Virus record (IMG/VR): IMGVR_UViG_3300034198_023063
Location: 16,758 to 80,757 of that record
Reading direction: 5' to 3' (one strand)
DNA from: a virus
Length of the DNA: 64,000 nucleotides
Shown here: positions 49,368 to 56,595 of the stretch, piece after piece
Layout of the letters: every line of letters begins with the position of its first letter
How positions within the stretch are numbered: position 1 is the stretch's first letter
Program-made: the position numbers and the translations under genes
Notes under the pieces: model-generated
Databases searched by the model: none
Seen by the model: only the letters and a program-made list of their open reading frames with translations
Told to the model about the DNA's origin: nothing

Positions 49368-51338
49368 TTAGCGAATAGGGCAAGCGCCAGAAGAGCATTC
49401 AGCCATATCAAGCATTTCACTGCTGTTTATAGATAAGGATGAGATAGGCTTAACTTTAGAAGAAGCTGACAGATAAGTTTCTTCATCAATTTCTTGATAG
49501 GGAGCTTGTTTAAACCCATGATTTTTAAATAATAAAAAGCTAACGCTCTTAATATTATGCTCGTAGTTATTTTTTAGCCAGATTTTTAAGGATTCAAGTT
49601 CTTCTGGTTTATAATACGCTGTTACAGAAACGGCGTTATCAGACCAGTCTGTCTGTAGTTTCTTAACCATGTCAAGCTGCTTCAGTACGTCCATATCCTT
49701 GGCAAGTATGGAGCCTTCAGGAGTTTTACATGGGAAATAGACTACTACAGTATCCCTATTTTCTGTGCCATCAAAATTAACCAAAAACTCAACATGATAA
49801 CCCATGTCCTTGCAGATTTGGACTAGATTATCAGAACTAGACATGCGCACGGTCCTCATGTAATACTGACTGAAGGCCGGGTGAACTCCGGGGGTTGCTC
49901 CGCCAAGAAGACTTAGCGTCCCAGAAGGCTTGACAGTCGTGAGCTTAATGCTCTCAGGCCATCCGCGATGCTTGCTCCAAGCTTTATCGAAAGAGCGTAA
50001 AGAAATATAACAGTCATCAAGCCAATCAAGCTTGTGTAAAGACTGACAAACGCCAGTAATACCAAGGCCGAGACGCATATTTTTATGGACAATTTTGTTA
50101 GTTTCTTCATGGATGAAAGGCAAGGAAGCTATTGCTTTTTGAGTTTTATAAAGAAGTGTGGCGCAATCAATTAGTTCTTCTTTAGATTCGATATTGTTTA
50201 AATATAGTTCGCACAGGTTACAACATTCGTAATTTGAAAGACTTATCTCAGCGCATGGGTTAGTCATTTCGCAATTATCAAAATCTGTAGGATACATTGA
50301 ATTGTTGGAGATGAGCCCATCTTTAATTCTTCCAAATTTTTGAGACAATGGAAGATTAAAAAACCCATAAGGCTCTCCATTAGCATATCCGCTATCTTGA
50401 TTTATTTCATATCCGTTTTTCCAAACCTCTTCAAGCACATGACTATAGCTATCGGCGTATATCGTGTTGTTGCTCATAGCTCTCCAATTGGGAACGTTTC
50501 CAGTTCCCCAGTTTTTAGCGCGAAGATATAAGATGTCGTCTGGATCGCCTAGAGCAATCTCAGCGCTTCTACGAACATTGCCAGCAACAACAATGCTGCC
50601 GATGATATTGCAAATATCCAAAACATCAATTGAACGAAGTTTTTTTCCTTCTCTGGATTGAAATATCTTTGTGATTTTATCGATTCCATCAATAAGGATT
50701 TGTGGACCGCTAGCTTTTCCCCCAAAGCCCTTGATCGGCTCACCATACCCACGAATAAGGATCGTAGAGTAAGAGAACGATTTGCCAGACACATAGAACG
50801 CATCAAGAACATTCGAAAGTAAGTTAACCCACCCTTCGCGCTTGTCTGGAACGATATAATCAGCATCTTTAGTGCCTTCATGTATAACAGTTACACCTTT
50901 CTTTATTTTGGGGAGTTCATGAACATCTTCTCTGCGAATGCTATAGCCAACTCCGCCTCCAAGCATCAAGTTTTCAAAAAGGAATAAAAATGCTTTTGGC
51001 TCTCTCATGGCAACTGCCCAGCAATTTAAAAGAGAATTAGCCCCAAACCTATCAACAGTAGAGGTGCCTAGTTGCCATAGCATTCTTCCAGCAAAATTGC
51101 ATTTAAGATTAAAAACATAATCATAAATTCTCTCAGCTTCGTCTTTGGTATATCCTGCGCCGATTTTTTGCGCACCATTAACGCAGCGCTCTACCGTTTC
51201 AAACCATTCCTCTGTGGAGCCATCGTCCTTGTTTCTAGCGTAGGTTCTTTTGTATACAATATAACCTAATCCGTTAAAACCCCAGTTCGGTTGTCTGTTT
51301 TTATATTTATTTAAGAAGTCTTTTGAAATGATGCTCAT
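49368..51338 (-). CDS. nrdJ: class II (adenosylcobalamin-dependent) ribonucleotide reductase
   Basis: RTYAR, GNVRRSAEI, TNPCAEI, TTVKPSGT, C-terminal CSSGACPIR; no R2 subunit nearby. Confidence 0.92.
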   Translation of the reverse strand: MSIISKDFLNKYKNRQPNWGFNGLGYIVYKRTYARNKDDGSTEEWFETVERCVNGAQKIGAGYTKDEAERIYDYVFNLKCNFAGRMLWQLGTSTVDRFGANSLLNCWAVAMREPKAFLFLFENLMLGGGVGYSIRREDVHELPKIKKGVTVIHEGTKDADYIVPDKREGWVNLLSNVLDAFYVSGKSFSYSTILIRGYGEPIKGFGGKASGPQILIDGIDKITKIFQSREGKKLRSIDVLDICNIIGSIVVAGNVRRSAEIALGDPDDILYLRAKNWGTGNVPNWRAMSNNTIYADSYSHVLEEVWKNGYEINQDSGYANGEPYGFFNLPLSQKFGRIKDGLISNNSMYPTDFDNCEMTNPCAEISLSNYECCNLCELYLNNIESKEELIDCATLLYKTQKAIASLPFIHEETNKIVHKNMRLGLGITGVCQSLHKLDWLDDCYISLRSFDKAWSKHRGWPESIKLTTVKPSGTLSLLGGATPGVHPAFSQYYMRTVRMSSSDNLVQICKDMGYHVEFLVNFDGTENRDTVVVYFPCKTPEGSILAKDMDVLKQLDMVKKLQTDWSDNAVSVTAYYKPEELESLKIWLKNNYEHNIKSVSFLLFKNHGFKQAPYQEIDEETYLSASSKVKPISSLSINSSEMLDMAECSSGACPIR

Positions 51339-51352
51339 AATAAGGGGTAATG

Positions 51353-51359
51353 ATTACAC
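51353..51359 (-). promoter_or_regulatory. GTGTAAT motif upstream of nrdJ (candidate phage-specific promoter)
   Basis: 14 nt before ATG 51338; the same motif precedes three other genes. Confidence 0.4.
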
Positions 51360-51379
51360 ATTAATGACGTTCAATAGAA

Positions 51380-51751
51380 TTAGTCAAGTTGAATTTTCGG
51401 CATTTCTGAAGGGTTTATTTTTTCTTTGTATTTCATTCCTTTTCTTTTTTTAGAATAAGACTCTTCAGCTTTCTTTTTTACAGGGTCTTCGCCATGAATT
51501 TTAGCTCTTTTGTCGCTTAATTCTTTGGAATAGTCCCAAATTTCTCCCATTGTACCTTTCATTTTACCAGTCTTTTCTACAAATTGAGTAGCGGATTCTG
51601 GGTTGATTTGAGAATCAATAGATGCATTAGGTACTGTAAACACTCTTTCATACTCAATTCCATTCTCTGAGTATTTATGATCTTCGTTCATGAATTGGAA
51701 AACTTGAACAATAGAACCATTTTTAGGATTTTTAAAAAGGTAGAATGGCAT
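51380..51751 (-). CDS. FmdB-like small protein (Cys-less)
   Basis: MPFYLF...V..M...H...ERVFTVP pattern. Confidence 0.6.
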   Translation of the reverse strand: MPFYLFKNPKNGSIVQVFQFMNEDHKYSENGIEYERVFTVPNASIDSQINPESATQFVEKTGKMKGTMGEIWDYSKELSDKRAKIHGEDPVKKKAEESYSKKRKGMKYKEKINPSEMPKIQLD

Positions 51752-51752
51752 A

Positions 51753-52835
51753 TTAAATCATCAATAAAAGTTTGTTTGCTAAATCAGAATATTTAAATTC
51801 TTCTTTGATCTTCAATCCGCTTTCATTTACTCTATTTTCTTTTACTCTAGCTATCGCTAACTCGCATCCATATATGAAAGCTTCGTCATCAAAGTCATAA
51901 ATATAACCTTGATTAAAAGAAGAGCCTTTTTGGAAAAACTTGTCATCATAAACTTCAATTTTTCCATTTGGCTCTACAAGAACTGAGTTTTCATTCGTGG
52001 CCCATTCTTTATATGCAGTTGCATTTAATATAACAGCGTGTTTTCCTAAAGCTACAGATTGGAACTCTGGCAAGCCCCAGCCCTCACCGCCAGACATTCC
52101 AATAACAATATCTGAAGAGTTCAAATAATCATTATATATTGAATTCTTCGGCATATGATTTAAGAATGATATATTAAAGAAAGACTGACTTTCCAATATA
52201 TTTCCATATATTAATTTAAGTTCGTTAGGATCAGGATAAAATTGATTATGGATTGCGCACTGTAGCGCGTAACGCTTGTCTTTGCCGAATTTTTTAGCCC
52301 ACGCTTTTATAATTTTAGCGTGGTGCTTACGTTTTTCAAATTTACCGCAAAGATTAAATGTTATTCTTTCGTCGTCAAAATATTTTTTGTTTGTCGGTTT
52401 GAAATGAAGAGAATCAAAACCAAGTTTGCACATTTCAGTTTTTAATCCGTGATGTTCAAAAATAGATTTTGTAAAAGAAGATGTGACACAAAGCTTGCTG
52501 TATTTTGCTATATTTATTTCAGCTTTAGTAAGTTGATCTGTTTCATGAAAAGTAAGTAAGACTTGATTGTCTGAGTAAGTTCTCCACGAATCATTAATAT
52601 GCCACAGCCTGATAATAGGAGTTTCTCTGCTGTGTTTAAATAAAGATAATTGATGATTAGAAGTTATCCATTTTATGAATCCTTCATCAAAGTCGTAAGC
52701 CGAAATATCTATTGGGTGATCAGAAGCTTTGAAAATAGATGGGTGAAGGCCCATCTTATAAAATTCGTAAAGTAAATTAAAACTTACTTGACCGAAACTT
52801 AAGCTATTTAATGGAAGCTGTACAGAAAAGTTCAT
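51753..52835 (-). CDS. GT4-family glycosyltransferase
   Basis: GKFEKRK; SGGEGWGLPEFQSVALGK. Confidence 0.85.
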   Translation of the reverse strand: MNFSVQLPLNSLSFGQVSFNLLYEFYKMGLHPSIFKASDHPIDISAYDFDEGFIKWITSNHQLSLFKHSRETPIIRLWHINDSWRTYSDNQVLLTFHETDQLTKAEINIAKYSKLCVTSSFTKSIFEHHGLKTEMCKLGFDSLHFKPTNKKYFDDERITFNLCGKFEKRKHHAKIIKAWAKKFGKDKRYALQCAIHNQFYPDPNELKLIYGNILESQSFFNISFLNHMPKNSIYNDYLNSSDIVIGMSGGEGWGLPEFQSVALGKHAVILNATAYKEWATNENSVLVEPNGKIEVYDDKFFQKGSSFNQGYIYDFDDEAFIYGCELAIARVKENRVNESGLKIKEEFKYSDLANKLLLMI

Positions 52836-52865
52836 AAAAAAACCTACCTATTGTTATAGGTAGGT
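52836..52865 (-). terminator. rho-independent terminator
   Basis: 10-bp stem ACCTACCTAT/ATAGGTAGGT followed by a U-tract on the - strand. Confidence 0.75.
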
Positions 52866-52896
52866 GAAAAAGATTTTCTATATTTTTTAGTCCTTT

Positions 52897-53199
52897 TTAT
52901 AGGACATCAGCTTCGTCGAGCACTGGCTCTGGCTTAGCGATCTTTTTGCTTTCGTGTTTAACAGGCTGGGCGGAATTCGCATTATCTTCAGACTTCTTCT
53001 CCGAAAGATATATCCTGAAGTCCGGAGCCTTATCCGTCTTCTTATCCTTGTTGGAAAAAATGACAACGTCAATTTTCCCCTCCAATGATGTCTGGATATG
53101 GCCGGTCATATATTTCTGGCTCTTATCTTTGCTGAGTTTAGTCCATAATGCACCAACCTCGCGTCTGTTCCACTTGTTTTCGTTTGCGTTCTCGTTCAT
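52897..53199 (-). CDS. DUF736-like protein
   Basis: EVGALW.K...Y..G...VIF.NKDK...APDFRIY. Confidence 0.65.
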   Translation of the reverse strand: MNENANENKWNRREVGALWTKLSKDKSQKYMTGHIQTSLEGKIDVVIFSNKDKKTDKAPDFRIYLSEKKSEDNANSAQPVKHESKKIAKPEPVLDEADVL

Positions 53200-53206
53200 T
53201 CAATAT

Positions 53207-53235
53207 AATATGGGTCAAAGACTTACAAAAGTCAA
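53207..53235 (-). promoter_or_regulatory. leaderless promoter TTGACT-N17-CATATT
   Basis: ATG 53199 follows the -10 box after 7 nt. Confidence 0.7.
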
Positions 53236-53843
53236 ACAAAATCGACAAAATCTTTGCTCGTAACTTTATTTTTCAAGAAAATTCTTGTCTTTTCGTGAAG
53301 ATTGATTGCTGTTTGAGTGCTAACCCCAAGTTTTTTGGCGATAGAATTCCAAGTAGCCAGCTTCTCCTCTCCTGAGAAATACCTAAGCTCATACACCTTT
53401 TTTATCCTTTCATCTTTGAGAGAAGACAGCAGAGAATTTAAATACTCAAATGTCTCATTGTTTTTATCAAAAGATAATACAATATCCTTGTTATTAAAGA
53501 AATCTATTTTATTATCCTCAGAAACTATATATTTCTTGTTTGAGTTAATATAATTCAAAAAATGATACTTGACGCAGTTGCAAAACCAAGTTGAAAACTT
53601 CGTTTTCTGCTTCGCATCGAAAGATTTTACTGCTTTATAAAGAATAAAGTCCTTCTCAGCTTTAATATCACTTATATTCATTCCAGCCCTCATCAAGGCT
53701 GAAGAATATTTCTGAACTATCGAGTAGTAAAAGTTATCGTATCCTTTTGATAGAGATACGAAACTATCGTTACAGTTAAGATCTTTAATTTTCTTTATTA
53801 ATCTTAACTCATCCTTGTTAATATTGTTTTTTACTTTAGCCAT
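53232..53843 (-). CDS. phage sigma70-family RNA polymerase sigma factor
   Basis: Region 2 'LYKAVKSFD...KFSTWF'; region 4 HTH 'VYELRYF...TWNSIAKKLGVSTQTAINLH'; AAAGGA SD upstream. Confidence 0.85.
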   Translation of the reverse strand: MAKVKNNINKDELRLIKKIKDLNCNDSFVSLSKGYDNFYYSIVQKYSSALMRAGMNISDIKAEKDFILYKAVKSFDAKQKTKFSTWFCNCVKYHFLNYINSNKKYIVSEDNKIDFFNNKDIVLSFDKNNETFEYLNSLLSSLKDERIKKVYELRYFSGEEKLATWNSIAKKLGVSTQTAINLHEKTRIFLKNKVTSKDFVDFV

Positions 53844-54279
53844 AGTGTTTTCCTTTTAGACATTGGAAAACAGCCATCGCCTTTATAACTTTTCCCTGAG
53901 TTGGCTTTTAAGAAATAGCAGGTCAACTGAAATTGTTAGATTTCAGTTTATTTAACCCAATCCTACCCGCTTCAGTCATCGCATCCCCGGCTTTAGTGAG
54001 TCCGTGTAGCTCGCGACTAAGATTGGCTATTTTCTGCTAACTGTTTACGGTTGACTTTTTTTTCGACACAGCCATCGCCTTTTCCCTTGAGAGGATTTAA
54101 GTTTCTAGCAGTTTTTCACAGGGGCCTTTAGGACGCCGCTTCTCCCGAACTAACGCTGGGATTTCTCCCAACCGCCTGTGGTCTTTTTACGGGCTTGTTG
54201 TCTCTTACGAGTTTTAAATGGGTTTCCCCAAGTGAGCATGGTTTTGCTCTAGCTACCACCAACACCGCACAGTAAGTTA
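53844..54279 (-). ncRNA. putative large structured ncRNA / 5' leader of the sigma factor gene
   Basis: Has its own promoter with no start codon after it; GC-richer than flanks; multiple helices and GNRA tetraloops; duplicated 15-nt motif. Confidence 0.65.
53870..54082. repeat. exact 15-nt direct repeat ACAGCCATCGCCTTT (53870-53884 and 54068-54082)
   Basis: Read directly; both copies have additional shared flanking blocks. Confidence 0.9.
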
Positions 54280-54285
54280 AAAAGA

Positions 54286-54313
54286 ACAATGATCCGTTTC
54301 CCTTGAAAGTCAA
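54286..54313 (-). promoter_or_regulatory. promoter TTGACT-N16-CATTGT driving the non-coding leader
   Basis: Same class as the other promoters; predicted +1 near 54279. Confidence 0.6.
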
Positions 54314-54314
54314 G

Positions 54315-54722
54315 TTACTTCTGCAAATCTTTTGGCGAAACTTTAGATGCAATAAATATTAAATTTTTAATATCTTTTTCCGTTATATTTTTCGGATCGC
54401 TCTTTTCGGCTTCGTTTTGGAGAACTTCGCAGACGTTATTTATTACACTCGAAATTCCAGCAGCAAGAAGATAGTTGAGTTCGATTTGCTGAGAAAATGC
54501 CTCTAGCGACTTAAATAAAATCCAGTAATCAGATCCTCCAACTGAACAGCTTCTGAGCAGACCAGAAGTTTCCATATCCTTCAACGCACATCTTAAAGCG
54601 GCTTCGTCTTCCTCTTCGTTTTCTGTAACCATTACGATTTCTTTAAAATGGGTTTTTAAATTTAAAACAGTTTTTTTGTTGAAAAACTCATTGATTAACT
54701 GATAAGCATCTAAAATAGTCAT
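54315..54722 (-). CDS. hypothetical protein (possible winged-helix N-terminus)
   Basis: 135-aa ORF preceded by TTGATT-N16-AATACT, 6 nt before the ATG. Confidence 0.7.
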   Translation of the reverse strand: MTILDAYQLINEFFNKKTVLNLKTHFKEIVMVTENEEEDEAALRCALKDMETSGLLRSCSVGGSDYWILFKSLEAFSQQIELNYLLAAGISSVINNVCEVLQNEAEKSDPKNITEKDIKNLIFIASKVSPKDLQK

Positions 54723-54728
54723 ATTAAC

Positions 54729-54793
54729 AGTATTACAATAAAATAAAAAAAATCAACTTTTAAATTGACTTTTGTTCTTTCATATCCCATAAT
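54729..54793. promoter_or_regulatory. divergent back-to-back leaderless promoters (- strand TTGATT-N16-AATACT; + strand TTGACT-N17-CATAAT)
   Basis: - strand 54756-54729 then ATG 54722; + strand 54765-54793 then GTG 54799. Confidence 0.7.
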
Positions 54794-54798
54794 CAAGC

Positions 54799-55218
54799 GT
54801 GGATGTTTTTATAAAACTTTTAAGTGACGTGGCTAAAACCCCGACCCAAGGGACAGCTTTTTCGGCTGGGTATGACCTTTACTCCGCAGAAAGCACAACG
54901 ATTGCCAGATTTGCAAGAAAGTTAATCAAGACAAATATTAGCTTGGCTATTCCCATTAATTATTATGGAAGGATAGCTCCTAGGTCTGGTTTAGCTTTTA
55001 AAAACGGTATAGATGTTATGGCTGGAGTTATAGACTCCGACTATAGAGGTGATATTGGTGTAATATTATATAACACGGACGAAAAGGAATTCGTAGTTAA
55101 TGTTGGCGACAAGATCGCTCAAATAATCATAGAACCATGCGCTTATTCAAACTTTGTAATATCAAAAGAATTGCCAGCTTCTAAGCGTGGAGATGGTGGT
55201 TATGGACATACTGGCTAA
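54799..55218 (+). CDS. dut: trimeric dUTPase
   Basis: SAGYDL, GRIAPRSGLA, GVIDSDYRG, GDKIAQ, RGDGGYGHTG. Confidence 0.97.
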   Translation: MDVFIKLLSDVAKTPTQGTAFSAGYDLYSAESTTIARFARKLIKTNISLAIPINYYGRIAPRSGLAFKNGIDVMAGVIDSDYRGDIGVILYNTDEKEFVVNVGDKIAQIIIEPCAYSNFVISKELPASKRGDGGYGHTG

Positions 55219-55534
55219 CATTTCTAACGCAGCCGCTTGTTCTGCTGTATCTTTCTTGATTTACAAGACTGATTTCATAGCTGAATATGGAAAGCTTATT
55301 GGCTTATCTAAGCCTTTAAGGTTAAGCGAGTATTTCTGTCATAAAATATTAAGCGGCGGCAAGGCGTCTTATTTTGATTTTCTAAAGTCCAAATACGATA
55401 ATTTTATCGCTAGATTACTATCATGTCCTTTTTGCTTAGGGTTCTGGCTTTGCTTGATCGCAAGTAAATTTAAAATTGATGTTTTAACGTGCTACTTCTT
55501 TTACGTTTTATTTTACAAGATCATAAACAAGTAA
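55202..55534 (+). CDS. DUF1360-like membrane protein
   Basis: LLSCPFCLGFW plus hydrophobic segments; start likely ATG 55202. Confidence 0.6.
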   Translation: MDILANISNAAACSAVSFLIYKTDFIAEYGKLIGLSKPLRLSEYFCHKILSGGKASYFDFLKSKYDNFIARLLSCPFCLGFWLCLIASKFKIDVLTCYFFYVLFYKIINK

Positions 55535-55535
55535 A

Positions 55536-55847
55536 ATGACAAAAATATTAGAAATAAATGGCTTCTTTTCCTTTTGCCAATTTCTGGCAAAGCACCCAGA
55601 AGAAATAATAAAAAATAAAGAATTAGAAAATCTTTTAGATTTTTGTTTTAAAGCCGTATCAAACTGTAATTGCTCCGAGAAAGACAAGGAGGAAGCCGTG
55701 TTCTTAAATGAAGAGTTTGAAAAAAGAATGTTATCTATGCCTGAAGACTGCATAAATAATATAGGCAACCTATTTTGTTCTAATGGTAACTATAGCGAAG
55801 GATATATAGTTTTTCCAAACTCAAACAATAAAATCAAAATTAAATGA
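55536..55847 (+). CDS. hypothetical protein
   Basis: 103-aa ORF in the operon; CNC motif. Confidence 0.65.
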   Translation: MTKILEINGFFSFCQFLAKHPEEIIKNKELENLLDFCFKAVSNCNCSEKDKEEAVFLNEEFEKRMLSMPEDCINNIGNLFCSNGNYSEGYIVFPNSNNKIKIK

Positions 55848-56023
55848 ACGACATTAAAATTCAAATAAACAAAAAACTAATTGGCAAATCAGTTAAGGTT
55901 TTAGATGAAGGTTTTGAATGGATTGGCGAAGTTGTAGATGTTAGAGACGAAGAGTCTTTCGTTGTTTCTAACGGAGAATCTTTATCTGTTGTCGATATTT
56001 TTAATATAAGATCTCTCGATTAG
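55844..56023 (+). CDS. 59-aa ORF absent from the ORF track, Sm/SH3-like small beta-barrel
   Basis: ATG 55844 overlaps the upstream stop; MNDIKIQINKKLIGKSVKVLDEGFEWIGEVVDVRDEESFVVSNGESLSVVDIFNIRSLD*. Confidence 0.7.
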   Translation: MNDIKIQINKKLIGKSVKVLDEGFEWIGEVVDVRDEESFVVSNGESLSVVDIFNIRSLD

Positions 56024-56030
56024 GTGTAAT
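56024..56030 (+). promoter_or_regulatory. GTGTAAT motif (candidate late promoter)
   Basis: 8 nt before ATG 56039. Confidence 0.45.
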
Positions 56031-56038
56031 AAACAAAT

Positions 56039-56242
56039 ATGCCATTACCTAATCCAAGAAAAGGCCAAGACCAAAACGCGTTTATGTCTAAATGCATGGG
56101 AGACGAAACAATAAAGAAAGAGTTTCCCAATCAAAAACAAAGAATAGCCGTTTGCTTGAGCCAATTTAAGAGGAAAAAAGCTACAGCTTCCGAAGACACA
56201 GATTGGGACAGCATCTTCGACGAAGATTTCATTTTATTTTAA
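56039..56242 (+). CDS. small phage protein (MPLP.P...F..KCM...EFP...QR.AVC motif, often associated with head genes)
   Basis: Motif recalled from phage head-related proteins. Confidence 0.65.
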   Translation: MPLPNPRKGQDQNAFMSKCMGDETIKKEFPNQKQRIAVCLSQFKRKKATASEDTDWDSIFDEDFILF

Positions 56243-56243
56243 T

Positions 56244-56281
56244 AAAAAAAGAGGCGCGTTTTTCAACGCGCCCTTGTTTTT
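56244..56281. terminator. bidirectional rho-independent terminator
   Basis: GGCGCGTT/AACGCGCC stem flanked by A- and T-tracts, between convergent genes. Confidence 0.75.
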
Positions 56282-56290
56282 AAATGAATG

Positions 56291-56515
56291 TTAACGCTTT
56301 CCGGTGTTTCCTGAATTACCGGCACTTCCGCCCTTTCCGACATTGCCAGTAGAGCCTCCGTTACCGACATTTCCAGTAGAGCCTCCCTTACCGACATTTC
56401 CAGTAGAGCCTCCTTTACCGACATTACCAGCATTACCAGCGGATGATGTATTGCCGACATTTCCGACGTTTCCAGTCTTAGCTGCGGCCTTTTTTTGCTT
56501 TTTTGTCTTACTCAT
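56291..56515 (-). CDS. 74-aa Gly-X-Y repeat peptide with basic N-terminus
   Basis: ATG start; ~20 triplets, nearly all starting with Gly; 27-nt repeat encoding GNVGKGGST, with most differences between copies at third codon positions. Confidence 0.7.
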   Translation of the reverse strand: MSKTKKQKKAAAKTGNVGNVGNTSSAGNAGNVGKGGSTGNVGKGGSTGNVGNGGSTGNVGKGGSAGNSGNTGKR

Positions 56516-56560
56516 AACGTAATATATTAAACTAACTATTCTAAAAATCTAAAAAAAATC

Positions 56561-56591
56561 TTGACTTTTTTATTTCGGAGAAGCTCATTAT
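56561..56591 (+). promoter_or_regulatory. promoter TTGACT-N19-CATTAT (atypical spacing)
   Basis: GTG 56596 follows after 4 nt. Confidence 0.45.
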
Positions 56592-56595
56592 TAGT

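Noticed and set aside
53870-54111. Tandem glycine riboswitch (CUCAGG..AAAG similarity) or cobalamin riboswitch
   Set aside because: The glycine GGAGA...CCGAAG core and the cobalamin conserved boxes are not evident, and the modules are about twice the size of glycine aptamers.
53900-54115. Group I intron core (AACTGCTAGAAAC/GTTAGCAG resemble P/Q; GATGACTGAAGCGGG resembles R)
   Set aside because: The putative P7 would have G-U instead of the invariant G-C guanosine site, there is no S element, and no flanking exons. Not called, although a derived ribozyme-like fold is not excluded.
53844-54279. Group II intron (GTGCG near the 5' end, 54270)
   Set aside because: No convincing domain V/VI, no maturase and no interrupted gene.
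54128-54352. 74-aa ORF in the ORF track
   Set aside because: It starts inside the upstream gene, spans the promoter and lies in a hairpin-dense region; most likely spurious.
13765-56470. CRISPR array or DGR suggested by the repeats and the Cas4-like nuclease
   Set aside because: The repeats are in-frame coding tandem repeats without unique spacers; no cas1/cas2 or reverse transcriptase; the Cas4-like gene sits in the replication operon.
56263-56522. Alternative-frame ORFs 56263-56460 (-) and 56304-56522 (+)
   Set aside because: Shadows of the 27-nt repeat; the substitution pattern and ATG start favour the Gly-X-Y frame.
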